Positions 29,368-44,869 are shown, numbered from the stretch's first letter. The stretch: 64,000 bases of DNA from Octopus vulgaris (GCA_951406725.2 OX597831.1:29450001-29514000), one strand, 5' to 3'. Translations and numbers: made by a program. The notes: generated from the sequence alone by a model not told the origin.

Positions 29368-31170
29368 CTAAGTAATGGTACTGCCCAAGTATTTACAGCC
29401 TTCACTAGATTCGGACCATTTAGCTTTGACTTCATTAGCTTCCTCACCCTTCTAACGTACTCCTCAATTTTCGTTTTCATTTCTGTAGTTTGTACTCTGT
29501 CAGATTCCAATACTCCTAGATAATTATAGCTCTAACCTCCTTTCAATGATTTTAATGTCTGGCCATCTGGTAATTGGATGCCCTCGCTGTTGACTACCTG
29601 TCCCTTTCTCATGATTGATATTGCACACTTACCTATGCCAAATTCCATGCCTATATCTTTGCTGAATAGTCTTACAGTCTGTATTAAGGGATCTATTTTT
29701 CATTCTTACAAAAAAGCTTCAGATCATCCATGTAGAGCAAATGGTTAATTTTTCCCTTACTATTTCTGTACTGATTCCTTGCCTTTGCCTTTCTTAATAC
29801 TAATCTGAGGGGGATCAAACATAAGACAAATATTAAAGGGGACATTGAGTCCCCCTGGAAAATTACTCTTTTGATATTAACCTTCCCTAAGATGTGTCAG
29901 CTGAGTAGAGATCTAATTTCCATTTCTTAATGCAAAAGCTAATTAATTTTCTTATGTTGTCTACTATACTGAATATACTCAAACATTCACTTATCCATGA
30001 GTGTGGGATCATGTCATAGGCTTACCTATAATCTATCCATGCTATTATTAGATTTTTCTTTCTAGCTTTTATTTAATTTAGAAATGTTTTGTCTATGTAT
30101 AATAGATCATGCCTTCCTCTAACCTTCTTCCTGCAACCTGTTTGTTCTTCAGGTTGTCAAAGGTGCTCGTAAATGCTTTCTGAAATCATTCCTGTTAACA
30201 ACCGCCACACTAATGGTAAGCAAGTGATTGGTTTGTAATTGCTAGATGTACTATCCTTGCTTTAATCTTTCATAATGAGTATTATCCTCCCTCTAGTCAT
30301 CCAATCTGATATAATTCCTCCATTAAGGCAATCCTGAAGTTGTTCCCTCAGCCTTCCATGTAAACTACTGAATTTCTTTAGCCTTGAACTAAATCTGGTC
30401 TTGGGCCCTTCCTATTCAATATTTCCTCTAACACTTTATTCATTAATGCACTAGTTAATCTTAGATTTGGCTGCTTTTCACTCACTACTTATTCCCTCAT
30501 TTTCTTTAACCATACTGCATTTCCACTATGATTGACTGGCTTATCCCAAATATTGCTCCAGATCTTTCTAACTTCTTCTGCTTTAGGTTTCTCATCTTCA
30601 GTACTTCGTTCTCCACTATTTATTTGGTCATAAAGCCTCCTCTGGTCTGTCTCAAATAATCTATTCTATTGGTACTGATCGATTCTTTTCTGATATCTGG
30701 AGAGCTTGAGTGCTACTGCTATGATACGTAGTTTCAACTCTTCTTTTACTGTCCCAAATCCTTTCTCTTTGACTAAGTATCTTTTCTAAAGGGAAGATTT
30801 GCATTTTGTGTTTCCAAACGTGTTTGTTTTCCAGGCTTCTATTCTACTCGGATCTTGTCTTAAAGTCTTCACTTCATTTTGTAGTCTGCTTTTCCACATT
30901 TGCTCTTTTTTAATCTTTCCCTGTAGGATATCTAATCTTCGAGTGACTATTATCCCTCCTAAGTGTCTCCTATATTTTTAGTATCTATCCTACTGATAAC
31001 AGAATCTACTTTCCTAGTCATTTCTAGCAGCTTCCTTCTGTTGGTGCCTTTTAATTTTGGCAGTCTTTTTCTTCCTTCTTTATTCATTACTTCCTGCAAC
31101 TCATCTAAGATCTTTTGATCTTCCTCATTTAGATTACTTAAGTTGCTGGTACCAGTTGTCTCATCCTTAT
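29368..31170 (-). mobile_element. R4/Dong-type LINE, long decayed RT-containing fragment
   Basis: Minus-strand NYKPITCL, AYDMIPHSW, IFQGDS, NHLLYMDDLKL and KSKLNGPNLVKAVNTWAVP, with many stops and frameshifts. Confidence 0.85.
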
Positions 31171-31207
31171 TTGTAGCGCTATTGTTATTATTATTATTAT
31201 TATTATC

Positions 31208-31636
<429 letters not shown>

Positions 31637-31642
31637 GTATAA

Positions 31643-31852
31643 GGCGTTGAGCTGGCAGGATCGTTAGCACACTGGACGAATTACTTAGCGGTGTTTCGCC
31701 CGTCCCTACCTTCTAAGTTCAAATTCCACCGAGGTCACTTTGCCTTCCATCATTTCAGGGTCAATAAAATAAGTGCCCCTCGAGCACTGGGAGCGATTTA
31801 ATCGACTTATCCCCTCCTCGAAATTGCAGGCCTTGTGCCAAAATTTGAAACC
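31643..31852 (+). mobile_element. SINE family B, full length
   Basis: ggcgttgagctggcagg...gttcaaattcc...gccttccatcatttcaggggtc...ggccttgtgccaaaatttgaaa. Confidence 0.8.
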
Positions 31853-32254
31853 CTTATTGCTGTTGTTGTTATTTAGTGAGGATCGCTACATTATTTATGT
31901 TTGTTACCATTATTATGTCGTATAAACAAAGCATTCACTCCTCTACAACCTTTTTTCTTCTTCCCTTCTCTATCTCCCAGTCCTTTCCCCTCTCCCCCCC
32001 CTCTCTCTCTCTCTCAGTCTTACTCTATTTGTCTATCAGTGTCTCTCTCTCTTTCTCTCTCCCTTCCCCTCTCTCTCTTTCTTTCTCTCCTTCTCCAAAA
32101 CACCTATAGACCCACAGACCGATGTATAGGACACATTTCATCTCAAATTCGCTGACCCCTGACTAACTAATTGCTCTGTTAGTCATTCTATTGACAGCAA
32201 AATTATGACAATCACTGATTTCCTCACAAACACATCCACACACACTCACGCACG

Positions 32255-32295
<41 letters not shown>

Positions 32296-32643
32296 TCACG
32301 CACGCACGCACGCACACACACACACACACACACACGAATATATATGCACGCACATGTGTGTATGTATCTTTACCTCTAGACATAGGGATAGATACAGAGA
32401 TACAGGCATATCCACATATATATGTCATGTGTGTGTTTATATGTGTGTATGTGTGTGTGTGTGTGTAATTCTTGGGGGCAACCAGTACACATGGTCAGGC
32501 TACTTAGAATAAAGAACTCCCAAGTTTGAAATCTGAGTGTCAACCAGTTTTATCCATAATTGTGATGGCCCACAAAACGTGTAGTGTTTCGTTAAAGGTG
32601 AACAGTACAGGAACAAAACGGAATATATATAGATATATACATA

Positions 32644-33037
32644 GGCTCAGGAGTGATTGTCTGGTAAGTAGCTTGCTTACCAACCACATGGTTCCGGGTT
32701 CAATCCCACTACGTGGCACCTTCGGCAAATACCTTCTACTATAGTCTCGGGCCGACCAAAGCCTTGTGAGTGGATTTGGTAGACGGAAGCTGAAAGAAGC
32801 CCGTCGTATATATATATATATATATATACATATGTATGTATATGTTTCTGTGTTTGTCCCCCATCATCGCTTAACAACCGATGCTGGTGTGTTTACGTCC
32901 CCGTAACCTAGCGGTTCGGTAAAGAGACCGATAGAATAAGTACCAGGCTTACAAAGAATAAGTCCTGGGGTCGATTTGTTCGACTAAAAGGCGGTGTTCC
33001 TACATGGCCACAGTCAAATAAATGACTGAAACAAATA
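32644..33037 (+). mobile_element. SINE family A, full length
   Basis: Full match. Confidence 0.9.
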
Positions 33038-33514
33038 ATAGAATATATATGTATATGTTGGTGGACTCAGATTCACGGATTATCGACGCGGGCGTGGCTA
33101 TGTGGTTATAAGATAGTTTTCCAACCATATGGTTCCGAGTTCAGTCCCACTGCACAGTAGCTTGGGTAAGTTCCGCTATAGCCTCGGGCCGATCAAGATC
33201 TTGTGAGTGGATTTGGCAGACGGTAAGTCGTATATGTGTGTCTGTGTGTGTATGTGTGTGTGTATACAGAGAGAGACATACATGTATACATACATATACA
33301 CATACATACAAACGGAGTATTAGCAATTGGTTGATAACTGATGAAGGATTAGGGACCTCAGCACACGTTATGTCGCATGTTTATTTACTATACATTTTTT
33401 TCATTTATTAAGTAATGGAACGCAACACACTCCGAATTTCTATTAACAAGTAAGTTTATATATATATATATATAGGTATAAAAATTATATATAAAAAGGG
33501 ACAAAAACGTGAAA

Positions 33515-33720
33515 TACACAAAGAGACGACACAAAAAACGGACGGGTCATTCGAAGCCTTTAATCTTCAGTCAGGAACCGGATCATCATAGCAAATTTCG
33601 GCTGATTAATCCTGATATTGCTCCGAAACGGCCAGCCCCAATGAAAAACTAAGCTGCGAGCATTAGATTTCTTGGAAAAAGGATCGAATATAAACGAAAC
33701 AAGGGCAGAAAAACGGACGA
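33515..33720. repeat. Dispersed repeat homologous to the arms of the 47862-48097 foldback
   Basis: Shared cattcgaagcctttaatcttcagtcaggaaccggatcat...tttcggctgat. Confidence 0.75.
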
Positions 33721-33897
33721 AAATAAAATTAAAACAAAAATAAAATTAAAAACAAGAATGGTAATAACAGGACAACAGCAGGTGTTTTACGACTTTAGAC
33801 AAATTTAACTTATCTAGCAGGCGTGTTTTGAAATATATATATATATATATATATATATCTTTATATACATATATATCATATATATTATATATTAACA

Positions 33898-33958
<61 letters not shown>

Positions 33959-34184
33959 TCATATACATATATATCATATATATTATATATTAACAAGTTT
34001 ATATATATATAATATTAATTAGAGACAAAACCACTATTTTGCAAAACAAACAAGGAAAGACTTAATCAATACATAAGATTTTAATAAAAAGTCAAAAAAT
34101 ATTATATAATATTTTACTATAAAATTGGATTTAATCCTAAATCTGATTTTTTTCCCTGTAAATTTGGATTTATTCCCTAATATT

Positions 34185-34270
<86 letters not shown>

Positions 34271-35164
34271 TATATATTATATATTAACGAGTTTATATAT
34301 ATACATATATATAACTGGTGTTGGAGTGTACCGGGCTTATGAAAATAAAATAAACATGGCCGAAGACTAATGACTGAAATAAATAAGAGATAAAAGATAA
34401 ATGCCCGAAGTAACGTACTTTGGTTGGGGAAAGGTCTTCCTGTTCACAAGTGAAGACAGTGTGCATAATCACAGACATGAGTTTTGATAGTACTCAGGAG
34501 ACAAAATATAGATGTACAGTCAATGATGCAGTAAAGACTAGTGAGGACTAACGAGGGGAGGGCCTGAATCAAATGGGCAACAAGTAGTTCGATATTGCTT
34601 CATTAAAGATGAAAGTGAGGAAGGGATTGCTAGCGACTGAAAAGCACCAGGTAGTGACCGATTTAATGTATGATACAGGTGTGAAAATGTTTGATACCCT
34701 AAGTGGAATATGGTAAGAAGAAAGAGCCAGAATGATCTTAATGATGCGTCGCATCGCTTCCTAGAGGAGAAAGGGTGAAAGGTGTCTTTGTGAAGAAATT
34801 GGCTTCCGGTAAAACAATAAACTGGTAGATTTATATCATACCTTGAGCTTCTAAGCAATCTTTCAGGCCCAAATGCACAATATGACTGGTCTTATTTGAA
34901 AATACGAGAAAGAGTGATGGTCTAAGAGAAAAGACAAGAAAAGATGAGAAGAAGATGAATGCAAAAGGTAGAATGAGAAAAAGCGGAACGAAGAAACAAA
35001 CGGTAACGAAAGGAAATAAGAAAGAGATATGTATCTCTCGTTGGAGGGAATACTTTCGTTGTTAACCATACTGATAACGAAACTGTAGACTGTAAATGTA
35101 TATGTATATATAAATATATTTTGATGATTTAAGATTCTTGTAGTTTGTAATTTCTTAGTCATCA

Positions 35165-35411
35165 AACCAGCAAATGATTTGTTCATAGCAATGAAATGTA
35201 TGTTCCGTACACTAAGCTCACTCCCTCCGTCAAATCGACGTTGCCTTAAGAGGTGCACGGTGTACCATAGTTCAGGTGTCCAAGTGATCGCAAAGCAACG
35301 TAAGATGAAGGATTTACCTCCAGAACATAACGCAGTACCCAGTCCAAGAATTGAAACCACGATTGCAAGACTTTTGAGCGCAATACCCTAACCATTAGGT
35401 CATGCCCTCTC
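35165..35411 (-). mobile_element. Decayed tRNA-headed SINE (family F)
   Basis: Head resembles families D and E, with a different body. Confidence 0.55.
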
Positions 35412-35957
35412 GACACATAGATATATACAAATATGTGTGTGGGCATTAGTGTGTCTGTGTGCGTTTGTGTGGGTGAGGTGTTCAAAACCGGATATATATT
35501 TCCAAATCATACTCGCTAAGATGGTTATGGGGGTGTTGGCGTGCATACCTTGCCTGTGAAGGAGAACATTACCCCACTGCTCTTCTCCACCCTTCTCTCT
35601 CTCTCTTTCTATATATATATATATATATATCTGTTTGATTCTCTCTCTCTCTCTCTTTCTCTTTCGTAATTTTTCATTTCGCTTTACGTATTGTTATAAT
35701 TGCGACAAAATTAAGTAATAATATATTATGTAATTAAGCACAATCATCTATTAAAACACACGCATGCACACACATGCACACACCCATATACACGTACAAA
35801 GACATACACATCCCTAGAACCATCCTTCTTTTCCAGAACTCCGTGTCAATAGAATACCTACCACATCCACCCCCATCTATCCACTGCTGCCATCAAGTTC
35901 AATGTATAGACATAATTATACACAAATTCATCTCTGTATACACTTGCACACACATAC

Positions 35958-35994
<37 letters not shown>

Positions 35995-36164
35995 TATAAG
36001 CGCATGTATATGTATAAATATACGTCGTCGTCGCCGTCGTCATCGTTATCGGTCTGGTGTGAAACTTGTGTTGCGAGTGAAAGAATTTAGTTTAAACATA
36101 TTCTAAGCGTTCCCTAATTACAATCTTCATATTTCAATTATAAACTATAACATTCCGATGTCTA

Positions 36165-36197
<33 letters not shown>

Positions 36198-36221
36198 TCT
36201 GTGTGTGTATAAATATATATG

Positions 36222-36266
<45 letters not shown>

Positions 36267-36413
36267 GCGTACACACACACATATATGCGTTATACATATA
36301 TATGTGTGTATGAGTCTGTATGAGTCTGAATATGCAATTATATGTATGTACATATAATACTTATTTATCTATCTATCTATCTGTTTATCTATATCTATCT
36401 ATATATGTCTATG

Positions 36414-36482
<69 letters not shown>

Positions 36483-37154
36483 AATATATCTTATATATGT
36501 GACAGTGTGTGTGTATGTGTGGATCCTTGGTATACAGTTAAACTGCATCCGATGATGAGGCGTCAGTTCGTGGCTTCTGAAGTTGAGGGAGGCGTGGAGT
36601 CAACCCTTAACTACCGTTACTGGAACCAGGTACGGTGATACCACTCAAGATCCGATGTATTGGTTAAAAAGATTTCTCAGGGAAGTTCCGGTTATTTTAG
36701 ACAAAGCCGATGGACAAGGCAACTCTTGTGGGACAAAGACACTCAAGCATAAAACTTCTGGTCACAATGGTACCAGTTATCTTGCGATGCTTGTCACTGG
36801 AGCCTACTATGGGACCAAATGAGTGGGAAAAGTATTTGTACAGGCTTTTGTCACAATTCAATGACGTACTAATGTCTCAAACTTTTAATTTCTTGATGTG
36901 TTTTGTATTTTATGAAGTTCTTATGGGGTTGGGTTTATCCACGCAGATGTAAGACTGAAAGTAAATCAGGGCAATCTGACTAAATGTGAGATGGCCATCA
37001 TCTGACATGATGAGGCAAACATCATGTGTGTATATACATGAATTATATGAGTGTGAGTGTGCAGGTACATAGATATATATACATATATACATACATACAT
37101 ACATACATACATACATACATACATACATACATACATACATACATACATACATAC

Positions 37155-37503
37155 AGGGCCCTGAGATGTGTAACATACTGCCTAAATACCAATCTTGAGA
37201 AATTAGGTTTCTCAAAACCAGAAGGGAGAAAGCTAATTCGAAGACTACAGATCCAATCCATCACTGAAACTCTAAAATTCTGTAAAACTTTCCAGAAGTT
37301 TATCATTTAAATATATATGAGCATGCCTGGATATCCAACTATACGCATGAGAATACATACATAAAATATACAAATCTGTACATACATACATACATACAAA
37401 AATACCCTGTTGTTGATGTCTTAATTCTAATGAAGGAGTCTTGGATCTAGGTTAGAAACCGGTTCTTTAACAGCAAGAAATCTTGAAATAAACTAAATAA
37501 TGA
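37155..37503 (+). mobile_element. 5'-truncated R4/Dong LINE 3' end in (CATA)n
   Basis: ORF end LEKLGF...LIRRLQIQSI-ETLKFCKTFQKF*. 3' UTR matches 5645-5760 reverse complement. (CATA)n on both sides. Confidence 0.8.
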
Positions 37504-37564
37504 CATACATACGTATATATATGTGTATGTATATATATATATATATGTCACCATGATAGATCGG

Positions 37565-37712
37565 TAGCCTCTACACACATTTTTCTCTCTCCTTGTTTCT
37601 TTCTGTGTTCCTTTCTGTGGAAGAGGTGTTGGCTCGAAACGTAAAAGACTTTTTCAATTCGCGAGCTTCTACACCACCTGTCTTCGTCTTTTGTTTTTTT
37701 CGTGAATTCTAC
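37565..37712 (+). mobile_element. Penelope-like terminal repeat fragment with a hammerhead-like motif
   Basis: cttt-CTGTGGA-agaggtgttggctc-GAAACGTA-aaag. Homolog of 21939. Confidence 0.55.
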
Positions 37713-38466
37713 CTATATATATATATATATATATATATATTACTTATTGTGTATGTTTTTTTAGTATTTTGTTCTGTACTTACATCTCGCGTGTTTACGT
37801 ATTTTTCACTCGTTGATGTCCAGTACGCAATGTGTATTGTTTTATTTATTTATTTATTTATTTATAATAGAACGCCACGCAGCCTTGACCACTGTAAGTT
37901 CTTTCATTTATAAATAATTTCTGCGAGTACACACACTGTTTTCTTTCTTTCTCTCTATCCCACTATACGTTCTTTGCTATCCTCTATCTGTCTTTCTTCC
38001 ACTCCCTACTATCTGTCGTTCCTTTTTCCTTCTCCTCACTCCTTTTCTTTCTTTCCCTCATCCTCTCTCTTGTCACCCTTCCCTTCTGCCCCTGTTACTC
38101 ACACGTGACTACAGGCCATTTCTCTTGCCCCTGTCTTTTCTGAACTAGACGTTCACCGGGATGAATGTCATTTCACTCGGTTCCCGACATTTTTTTTCTA
38201 CTATTTTCTTCTCTACTAATTATTCTTTTTCCTTGAAAAAGGTTCTCCCATGTGTTACCCATTATAATTCGTCTTGGCCTAACGACCCTTAATGTTTGTC
38301 TTCGGCGATTGTTTACTCTGTACGTCCAATCTGTCGTTGTCTGTTCGTTCGAAACCCTAACTCTCAATGAATTTTATACTTCAAAAATTTCTGGCTGCTG
38401 CTGTCTTATAAGATTTTCCTATCTTCTCGTTAAAAGCACGAAATAGGAGCAATAAACAGTCCGATG

Positions 38467-38835
38467 ACTCTTTTTGACTCTTATACTTGTTTCAGTCATT
38501 TGACTGTGGCCATGCTGGAGCACCGCCTTGAGTCGAGCAATTCGATTCTTTGTGAGGCTAGTACTTATTCTATCGGTCTCTTTGCCGAACCGCTAAGTTA
38601 CGGGGACGTAAACACACCAGCATCGGTTGTCAAACACAGACACACAAACACACACACACACACACATACATATATACGACGGGCTTCTTTCACTTTCTAC
38701 TAAATCCACTCACAAGGCTTTGGTCGGCCCGAGGCTATAATAGAAGACACTTGCCCAAGATGCCACGCAGTGGGACTGAACCCGGAACCATGCAGTTCGT
38801 AAGCAAGCTACTTACCACACAGCCACTTCTATGCC
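38467..38835 (-). mobile_element. SINE family A
   Basis: Near-full match with small deletions. Confidence 0.85.
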
Positions 38836-39007
38836 TGATGAGGAATTATCTTCTTTTTGTATTTTCTCCTGTACTTTTCTCTCTTGTATTTACGTACATT
38901 TCATTCATTGACAACGTCCTGTACTTATTGCGTTTTGGGTATTTTGTCCTGTACTTATCTCTCATGTATTTACATATTTTTCACTCGCTGGTGATGTCCT
39001 TTACACA

Positions 39008-39083
<76 letters not shown>

Positions 39084-39375
39084 ATGTATGTATATGATAT
39101 ATATGTATGCATATACCAAATTTGGCTGAAATGGATGGATGAGCATTTGGCCCAATCGGATGCGCAAGGAGCCATATAAGTGTTGATCTGTGGGTTTGAA
39201 TCTGGCTAGAGTTAGCTCTTCATATTTCGGTCATTTGTTTGTATTTAAAAATTGTCGCTTCAAATCGGAGAATATATATTATTATACTGTTATTATTATA
39301 CTGCGAATCTTCCATAGTAGCTTTCTCTTCGTAACTTACAAAGCCTTTCTGGTTTGTTTACAAATGTTATACACA

Positions 39376-39430
<55 letters not shown>

Positions 39431-39674
39431 TGTGTGTATGTGTAAATCTGCTGGGGTACCGCCTGAGACATTTTTAGTCCAATGAATCGACCTCAGTATG
39501 TTTTAAGTCGGGTACTTATTCTATTGGTCACTTTGGTGAAACTGCTAAGATACGGAGACGTGAACAAGCCAACACCTGATGTCAAGAGGTGGTTGGAAAC
39601 AAAGATTCATTGTGTGTATACACACATACACATATATATATTCACACATACATATATATACATATACATGTATG

Positions 39675-39714
<40 letters not shown>

Positions 39715-39724
<10 letters not shown>

Positions 39725-39918
39725 TGTGTTTGTCCCCCCACCATCGCTTGACAACCGATGATGGTATGTTTACGTCCCTGTAACTTAGAGTTTCAGCAAA
39801 AGAGACTGATAAAATAAGTGCTAGGCTTACAAAGAATAAGTCCTGGGGTCGATTTGCTCGACTAAAGGCTGTGCTCCAGCAATGCCACAGTCAAATGACT
39901 GAAACAAGTAAAAGAGTA
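39715..39918 (+). mobile_element. SINE family A, 3' half
   Basis: Starts at the internal microsatellite. Confidence 0.85.
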
Positions 39919-40039
39919 ATATATATGTGTGTGGGTGTGTGTAATAATATACAAATGTGTACGTATGTGTTTGTGTATGTATGTGCATATACATAGCTAA
40001 GTAGATAGACAGACAGACATATAAATAGATGGATGGATG

Positions 40040-40121
<82 letters not shown>

Positions 40122-40802
40122 ATTATCTCTGCAAATAGTACTGTCTTATGCACAGGGCAATATTACTCCCAGAGTAGAAGTTCCTTTATGCTTAAAGCAA
40201 AGTAAATATATAACAGCTTATGAAACATCAAGTTTCATGTCTTTTGCAGGGACTTCGAGACTGGGACAGTTCAGACTTTTATATCAACAAACATCAGAGT
40301 AAAATTTCCAGTTCCTGCAGTTTTCATCCTAGCGCTCATCGGCAGGGCGCACTTCCGGGTTGTGTTGTTATATGTTTTACATGAACAAAGAAACAGCGAT
40401 TCCCTTGCCTAAGTTTCTTTCTATAAACATGTAAATCAACTCACGGCTGCTTATGAAGCATGCTGTGTTTGCCATGCGCCGATATTACAAACCAGCATGT
40501 CAGTACAGTCGCTGGCAGCGTGTTAATTTGGCAAACAACTGAGACAGCGTGTGTTTATTTGTCTTTCAGCAGTTAACTTGTTTCCATCATTAGACTGCGG
40601 CCATGTAGGGGCACCCTCATGAAAAATTTGTTATCGAAAGAATCGACACCCATACGTAGTTTTTTTTAAAAATTCTATCAATCTCTTTGGTTAAACCACT
40701 TAGTTACAGGCACCTAAGCAAAACCACATACATATAAGTACACACGGGCTTCTTTCAGTTTCTAGGCCGAGGCAATAGTAGAGAAGACGGTCATCTCTCC
40801 TT

Positions 40803-41028
40803 ACTCTCTCTCTTTCACTCTTTTACTTGTTTCAGTCATTTGACTGCGGCCATGCTGGAGCACCGCCTTTAGTCGAACAAATCGAGCCCCCGACCTAGTC
40901 TTTGTAAGCCTAGTACTTATTCTATCGGTCTCTCTTGCCGAACCGCTAAGTTATGGGGACGTAAACACACCAGCATCGGTTGTCAAGCGATGTTGAGGGG
41001 GGTGGCAAACACAGACACACAGACACAC

Positions 41029-41065
<37 letters not shown>

Positions 41066-41225
41066 TACGATGGGCTTCTTTCAGTTTCGGTCTACCAAAT
41101 TCACACACAAGGCATTTGTCGGCCCGAGGCTATAGTAGCAGACACTTGCCCAAGGTGCCACGCAGTGGGACTGAACCCGGAACCATGTGGTTGGTAAGCA
41201 AGCTACTTACAACACAGCCACTCCT
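40803..41225 (-). mobile_element. SINE family A, full length
   Basis: Full match. Confidence 0.9.
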
Positions 41226-41899
41226 CATTAGAATTCTTTTATTTTTTATTTTCCTTTTTTTTTATCTTAATGCTTTCTACTTTTTTTTTAATTTTGGTAT
41301 AATATGAAGTCATTTGTAGCTCTACACTTCCCCTGCAGTTTTTCTACATCGTTTTTGAAATTTGATTAAATTTTATTTCCTTTTAAACAGATGGTGATGG
41401 AGGTCTAAGTAGAAATATAAACAAAACAAAACGTAAAAAAAAAAGGAATAGGAAAACTCATTATTTCTCTTCTACAATTACCTCGAAAGGGGTGAAAGTC
41501 TAAATTGGACTGTGCGTAATTCGAACTCAGGACGCAGGCATCCAGAACAATCACCACAAAATTATTCTCTCCAATTCCCTAAAGACTCTACAAATTCGGC
41601 GCCATACTTGGATACACGTGTGCGAGCACACACACGCAAACACACACGCACGCACACGTGCACGCACACAGACACACACACGTGCATACATACATACATA
41701 CATACATACATACATACATACATACATACATACATACATACATACATACATTCCCTGGGGCATTTAACTGATGCAATTAAAATGAAATAATTCATCACTA
41801 AAAATACACCGACAGACATATTGAAATACTAAAACTTACACACTCGCACGCATCCATCCATCCATCCATCCATCCATCCATCCATACATACATACATGC

Positions 41900-41947
<48 letters not shown>

Positions 41948-42057
41948 GCAGGTAGAAAGATAGATAGGTAAGTAGACAGATAAGTAGATAGATAGATAGA
42001 CAGATAGATAGGTAAATAGATAGATAGACAGATAGATAGGTAAATAGATAGATAGAC

Positions 42058-42164
<107 letters not shown>

Positions 42165-43190
42165 GGGATGTACTGACGGATGAAAAAGTAGGCAGATGTT
42201 GACATATATATGTGTGTGTGCATGTGTATATACATATATATATGTGTGTGTGTGAATATATGTACGTATGTATGTATGTAGTGTTACGCTGTGGTAGTGT
42301 TGTAATTTAGATTATCGTGCCGTGCTCCAGCGGGGGGAGTGTGTGAGACGGGAATAATGACGATGATGACGACGATGATAAAGATGATGATAACAACGCG
42401 ACGGTGATAGGATTCATGTTGGTGGCGATAGTATAGTAGGGAGGGGAGGGGGTCTTCAATGAATTATTAACAGCCCTTATCCACTCTCCTTCTCTTTATC
42501 ACCATAAAAATATCCCTTTATTCCTAAACAAACCAAACCCCTAAGGAGCCTGACTACTTGGAACAACCAGCCAACTTACCAACCAGCCGACCAGTCAACG
42601 AGATATACCATAGCCACTAATAGAAAATACATTTAAAATGACATACCCTTCCTCTATATCTCTCTAACAAGTCCCTCCTCACTACCCCTTCACTAACCCT
42701 TACTAACCCTTACCAACCCTACACACACTAGCTAAACCCTTTATTCACTAATTGACATAAATTCCGCTATTCCAAACTCAGCTTCGCCATTTTACACCAA
42801 ATTGTTGCTTCTTTGGTTATTGTTTGTTCTTCTTTATATTTTTATACTTTATAGTTTTCTTTCTTTATTTATTTCATTTAATTTTTCGTTTCTTCTTTGT
42901 TTTTCTTCGTTCTTCACGTTCTTCTTCTTCTTCAATTCATTCTTCACATTTCTTTCTATTTCTTCTTTTAGTCTTCGGGTTTCCCCCGCTCCGTTCCTTT
43001 CGTAACCCCGTCCCCCGTACAACATTCCACTATAGTATCTGCTTCTGTTCATCGAGTCATAACCAGGAAACAAAGAGAAAAAGAAAGGAAAAACGGGAAA
43101 TGCTTGGCCTTCCACAACACTGCATGTCTGTAGTTCTATGCATACATACATACATACATACATACATACATACATACATACATACATACA

Positions 43191-43222
<32 letters not shown>

Positions 43223-43328
43223 CACACACATATATATTTATGTATAGATGATGCGTTTATGTATATGTGTATGCATATATGAACGTTTGCATATAAGCTT
43301 GCGTACATGTATGAAAGTGTTTGCGTGC

Positions 43329-43370
<42 letters not shown>

Positions 43371-43577
43371 CGTGAGTGTGTGTGTATATATATGTATATA
43401 TATTATATCATATTATATATGAATATATATATATATATATATTGTATATCATATGTTATATGGTATATCATATTATATATATATATATATATATATACAT
43501 ACATATATATTTATATGTGTGTGTGTGTGTGTATACGCTTGCCTCTATGTAAGCATATATATGTTTGTACATATATG

Positions 43578-43626
<49 letters not shown>

Positions 43627-44281
43627 CGAGATGCCTTTACAAATTGTTTTTTTTTTTTCGTTTATTCTGTAAATATCTCCGTTAAAGTTTCAGCAAAAAC
43701 AAAGACTCCCTAAATGAAAGCAACAACATCAACCTCAGCAATAGAAACAACAGCAACAACAACAACAGCAGCAGTTGCACCAGTAAAACGTGCAACATCA
43801 GGAGCAACAATGACAATAATAGCAACAATACTGCAACAAGACCTGCAGCATCATCATCTTCAGCAACAACAGCAACAACAAAACCTAGATTATCATCATG
43901 ATCACCACCACCACCAACAACAACAACATCAGCAGCAGTAGCAGCAGTAGTAGCAGCAAAAGCAATTGCAAGCTGTGCTCAAAATAACGTCTATACAGCA
44001 AAACCAGTAACAGTAGGAACAACAACAGCAACATTACAAACCGCAGAAACAAAAATATCCAGCAAAATAAACAAACCAAAAAAAAAAAAACTAGAAAAAG
44101 AAAAAAAATTAATGCCAACATCAATAATAACAACAACAATAAACATGATGCAGAGTCACAAACTGCACTTTATAGAGGTCCTTCGTACTTTCAGTCATTC
44201 TTTTACACACGAAACACGCATGCACGTGCACGTCGGTGCTTGGGTGCACGCATTTCTCTATGTGGGTTTGAGCACATATGA

Positions 44282-44330
<49 letters not shown>

Positions 44331-44333
<3 letters not shown>

Positions 44334-44490
44334 AGGCACAATGGCGCAGTGGTTAGGGAAGCGGACTCGCAGTCGGAGGATCGCGGTTTCGATTTCCCGG
44401 ACCAGGCGTTGTGTGTGTTTGTTGAGCGAAAACACCTAAAGCTCCACGAGGATCCGGCAGGGGCTAGTGGTAATGGGATCCTTTTCCTCT
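44331..44490 (+). mobile_element. SINE family C, 5' part
   Basis: tRNA-like head tggcgcagtggttagg...ggtttcgatttcc. Homolog of 19785-20096. Confidence 0.75.
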
Positions 44491-44673
44491 TTGATCAGTT
44501 TTGGGACAATGTTAAACAGGGCAGGATATATATAGCAATAATAAATCTCTGAACGAGATGTAAACAGTAACTGCACGACAATGTAAGGTATACTAGCCAT
44601 CTTAATAACACACACCCTTAGTGGTTAGCCATATTTAAGATGGCTAGTATACCTTATATATATATATATAATA

Positions 44674-44849
44674 GGCGCAGGAGTGGCTGTGTGGTATGTT
44701 TATGTCCCTGTAACTTAGCAGTTCGGCAAAAGAGACTGATAGAATAAGTACTAGGTTTACAAAGAATAAGCTCTGGGGTCGATTTGCTCGACTAAAGGTG
44801 GTGCTCCAGCATGGCCGCAGTCAAATGACTGAAACAAGCAAAAGAGTAA
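44674..44849 (+). mobile_element. SINE family A, internally deleted
   Basis: The first ~23 nt of the head are fused to the 3' half at a tggt microhomology. Confidence 0.8.
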
Positions 44850-44869
44850 CAACACAAAATAATAGTTTC

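Noticed and set aside
34310-35090. Possible Penelope ORF remnant on the minus strand
   Set aside because: Only vague resemblance; no diagnostic RT or GIY-YIG motif readable.
40240-40560. Possible host exon after an acceptor-like tcttttgcag
   Set aside because: No recognisable peptide in any frame and no clear donor.
42680-42745. Telomere-like TAACCC-containing 10-bp repeats
   Set aside because: Only three to four degenerate units, not a (TTAGGG)n array.
43714-43941. PolyQ/polyH/polyT ORF
   Set aside because: Triplet-repeat low-complexity DNA with no domain or splice context.
44331-44405. tRNA gene
   Set aside because: It has A/B boxes but continues into a SINE body shared with 19785-20096, and no convincing acceptor stem.
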